Positions 61,301 through 64,000 of a stretch of DNA of 64,000 bases are shown here, one piece after another. This DNA comes from Moniliella sp. 'wahieum' (Eukaryota). The notes beneath the pieces are model-generated. The model worked only from the letters and a program-made list of their open reading frames with translations. It was not told where the DNA came from and did no database searches. A program made the translations under genes and the position numbers. The stretch covers positions 558,001 to 622,000 of the forward strand of contig RSEE01000029.1 in NCBI GenBank assembly GCA_003971905.1, given 5' to 3'. How positions within the stretch are numbered: position 1 is the first letter of the stretch; each line of letters starts with the position of its first letter.

Positions 61301-61825
61301 GTCCAGTTCGTCGGCGACGCGCATCTCCAGGTCGACGTCGCGCTCGGCGCGGGGGAGCGCACAGCAGAAAGAACAGTCATGCGGCCCATGGCCTGGGTGG
61401 CCATGGTGGAGAAGATGGGGGCGGTGAGGCCAGCGTGGGCGCGTGCCCAGGCGAGGGTGCCAAGATGGGCGAGGCTGCTGTGGGAGAGGAGGACAAGGTC
61501 GATGGTGGGGGCGATCTCGAGGAGGAGCTCGTCGAGGGGACGCTGGGCGGCATGGAGGATGCTCTCGGCGCCCTCCCAGCCGTGGGCGACGATGGCGAAG
61601 GGGCGCTGGTGCTGGTGGCGGGCCGCGCGCGCGCGGTGGGGGGGTCGCGGGGGCGGCGGTGGGCGGGCAAAGGAGAAGGACTCGGTGCCGCCGCAGCGAG
61701 GAGGATGCGCGTGTCGTCGAGGGGACGAGGTTACGCGTACACCGCGCCTTCGGCCTCGGCCTCGGGTGCGGCGCAGGGGCAGGCGCAGGTGCCCAGGGGC
61801 CGCTGAGCGGCGTGAGGGTGATCAT
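58334..61825 (-). CDS. CFT2: Cleavage and polyadenylation specificity factor subunit 2 (CPSF100/Cft2/Ydh1)
   Basis: Inactive metallo-beta-lactamase/beta-CASP signatures: VYATLP.QAMGRM, YNAGHSLGGA.W, VILPVDPSARTMELLVLFDQHW, MEW, PKVVLA, RRRMDAYGELI, QPRRLVLVGG, DLRLSALK and VPAEFAG.G.LV..IIVEG. Intron at ~60369-60432. Confidence 0.92.
58801..58905 (-). repeat. Coding 12-bp tandem repeat (TEDK)n inside CPSF100
   Basis: (TCAGTCTTGTCC)n on + strand, translating as KTEDKTEDKTEDKTEDKTEDKAEDETEGKTEDK. Confidence 0.85.
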
Positions 61826-62110
61826 CGGCGGTGTGGTGTGGTGGTGGTTGGTGGTGGCTGCGTGCGATGGCCCGCTGGTGCTTAGCGGTGGCCTCGATGG
61901 CGCTCACGATGGATGCGAGGTCAGCGGCTGATGGCGTGTGTTACGTAATTCTTCTGCTGCCAGGCTGGCGGATAGGGTTAGGAGGACCTTGTGGCAGCTG
62001 GTGGCTCCGGTGGCGCCTCAGGGGGGCGGATGTTGCAGCCACACTAACCCCGCCCTTCTTCTTGCCTCGGCACATTGCCGCCCAACCATCCCACCCAACC
62101 ACCACCGCCC

Positions 62111-63147
62111 ATGTCTGCCGACACCCCCCAGCACCGCCTCCGCTACATCAAGAGCAGCACCGCCGCCCTCGTCGGCTGCCCCAGCACCGCTGGCCAGGGC
62201 AAGGCCGGCGTCGAGCACGGCCCCAACGCGCTCATCGAGGCTGGCCTGCCTGCGCAGCTCGAGCAGCTTGGCTGGCACGTCGAGTTGACGGCCACCAGGA
62301 CTTTGCCACGATTGCCACCCCCGAGTTCGTTGCCAGCGACACCGATCTCGACGGCATGAAAAGCCCCGGACCGTGTCGGCGATCACCAAGCACGTGGCCG
62401 AGGTCGTTGCCGCCCACGCCACGCAGGGCAAGATTCCCGTCACCTTGGTGGCGACCACAGTCTGGTGCGTTGCTCCCCGCTTCGTTTTGTCTGAGCTAAC
62501 GCGCTAACACGGCTGTTGCTAGGGTTTGGGCACTGTGCTTGGCACCCTCACTGCCCACCCCGAGCGGGCTGATCTGGGTCGACGCTCATGCCGACATCAA
62601 CACGCCCAAGTCGACCGAGAGTGGCAACCTGCACGGCTGCCCGTTTCCTTCCTGCTTGGGCTCAAGGACAGCTGGTGCACCCGTTTGAGTGGCTCCCTGG
62701 TCCGGCAGGCAAGTTCCTCGACCCGAAGCGGCTCGTGTTTATTGGCCTACGGGATGTGGATGCGGGGGGAGAAGCAGATCCTACGCGAATACGGCATCAA
62801 GGCCTACTCGATGTTTGAGGTGGACAAGTATGGGATTGGTGCGGTGGTGGACAAGGCGCTGGACTACCTCAATGACGGCGTGCAAGGCAAACGTCAACGC
62901 CCCATTCACCTCTCCTTTGATGTCGATGCCATGGACCCCACTGTCGCCGCTAGCACGGGACCCCCGTTCGCGGAGGCCTCACCTTCCGCGAGGGCCATTC
63001 ATCTGCGAGGCGCTGTACGAGACGGGCAATTTGGTTGCCATGGACATTATGGAGGTCAACCCTGCTCTTTCTCCTGAGAACGCAGAGGCAACCGTAGCGA
63101 TTGGCTGCTCCCTTGTCCGCGCTGCGTTGGGGGAGACGTTGCTCTAA
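62111..63147 (+). CDS. CAR1: Arginase
   Basis: [64 protein letters not shown], and [22 protein letters not shown]. Intron at ~62465-62522 and indels. Confidence 0.97.
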
Positions 63148-64000
63148 GGCTGAGCGCTTACCGCAACCCGCTTTCCCCGCCTCGCCCGCCCTTGTCCGTC
63201 ATACTATTTGCAACAACTTATCAAGTTCGCAATGCATTATCAAGTACTTGTCCACCACGTGTGCCGCTGGCCCGATCCAATCCAGTTGGATGGGGGGTTA
63301 ACGGCAGCGGTGCTCGTATTCATACAACAACGTTTGAGGAGGCCACGAGAGGTGTGTGCTACGCAAACTAGAACGAGATAGCATTTGCCAGGGACGTTTG
63401 ATACCATTGCTGTCCCTATCGACTATCCCCCACCAAATCAAGCAGACCAGTAGACATTTTTGCTGTCACCATGTCATTGACATCCACCCTGCCCTCGGAC
63501 CAGACTGAGAATACTGCATGGCTACTGCACTAGCAGTCATCGATCTTGTGCCCGCTGTGGCACGATGAAAAGTAGTGCCAATGAGAGCGCAGCCTTCCTT
63601 CCACGCTGTGTCTATAGGCGGGTCGGGTGTCACGGGCGTCAGGTGTGCTGTATGCTGGGTGGCGAGTCACTGGGGGTGTCGACGCAGGAGGAAGGTGGCG
63701 CAAGGGCGGGGCGGACGGGTGGATGGCCAAGCCAGGGGCGAGATGGATAAGGAGTTGGACGCGTTGGAGGGGAGGCAGGTGCTGGGCCTGAGGGGCAGAG
63801 GCTGAGCCAGGAGCAATCGCAGTCCGCTGGCAGCTGTGGCCAGAGTGACCCGTGGCATGCGGCCGTACACTAACTCAGGCCAATTATGGTGCGCATCAAA
63901 ATGTGGGTGTGCTAGGGTGTGGATTCGCTTGCCCCAGTACGCCGTAGTACGCACATCCGTCCTATCCTCCTGGCGGCATGGGCCACCGCTGCCGCCTAGA

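Noticed and set aside
8483..63147. Pseudogenisation or programmed frameshifting of KOG1, POL1, UTP20, KRI1, CFT2, RPL38 and CAR1
   Set aside because: Several are essential genes. The breaks are scattered 1-bp indels, often at homopolymers, with conserved motifs intact on both sides, which is typical of unpolished long-read consensus error.
1634..63147. Polyamine/arginine gene cluster (DHA1 transporter, tRNA-Arg, antizyme-like ORF, arginase)
   Set aside because: The elements are spread over 60 kb among unrelated housekeeping genes, the transporter substrate is unknown and the antizyme call is weak.
63300..64000. 3' end of a minus-strand gene at the window edge
   Set aside because: Only short broken ORFs with no recognisable motif, so it cannot be supported.

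Overview
Compact, GC-rich eukaryotic DNA from a basidiomycete fungus. The short GT-AG introns with CTRAC branch points and the low intron density suggest a smut-like yeast (inference). Many genes carry 1-bp indels, often at homopolymers, which is most simply an unpolished long-read assembly, so coordinates are gene spans. Recognisable genes, in order: DHA1-type MFS transporter, pirin, Raptor/KOG1, intron-containing tRNA-Arg(ACG), SAM methyltransferase, RPL38, FHA-TM protein (Vps64/Far10/SLMAP-like), UBC6, a MARVEL protein, a Ykt6-like longin protein, DNA polymerase alpha (POL1), UTP20, KRI1, CPSF100/CFT2 and arginase. Several orphan ORFs are also present. The main unexplained structure is about 20 intergenic patches of 7-bp-period arrays. 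Their units differ in sequence but share one geometry, an odd palindrome NN-T-N-A-N'N' (CTTCAAG, GTTCAAC, AGTCACT, CCTCAGG, ACTGAGT, CATCATG, GATGATC). They are densest in a gene-poor block at about 25-39 kb. The second notable item is a Ykt6 relative that keeps the longin domain and a CaaX box but appears to have lost the SNARE motif.
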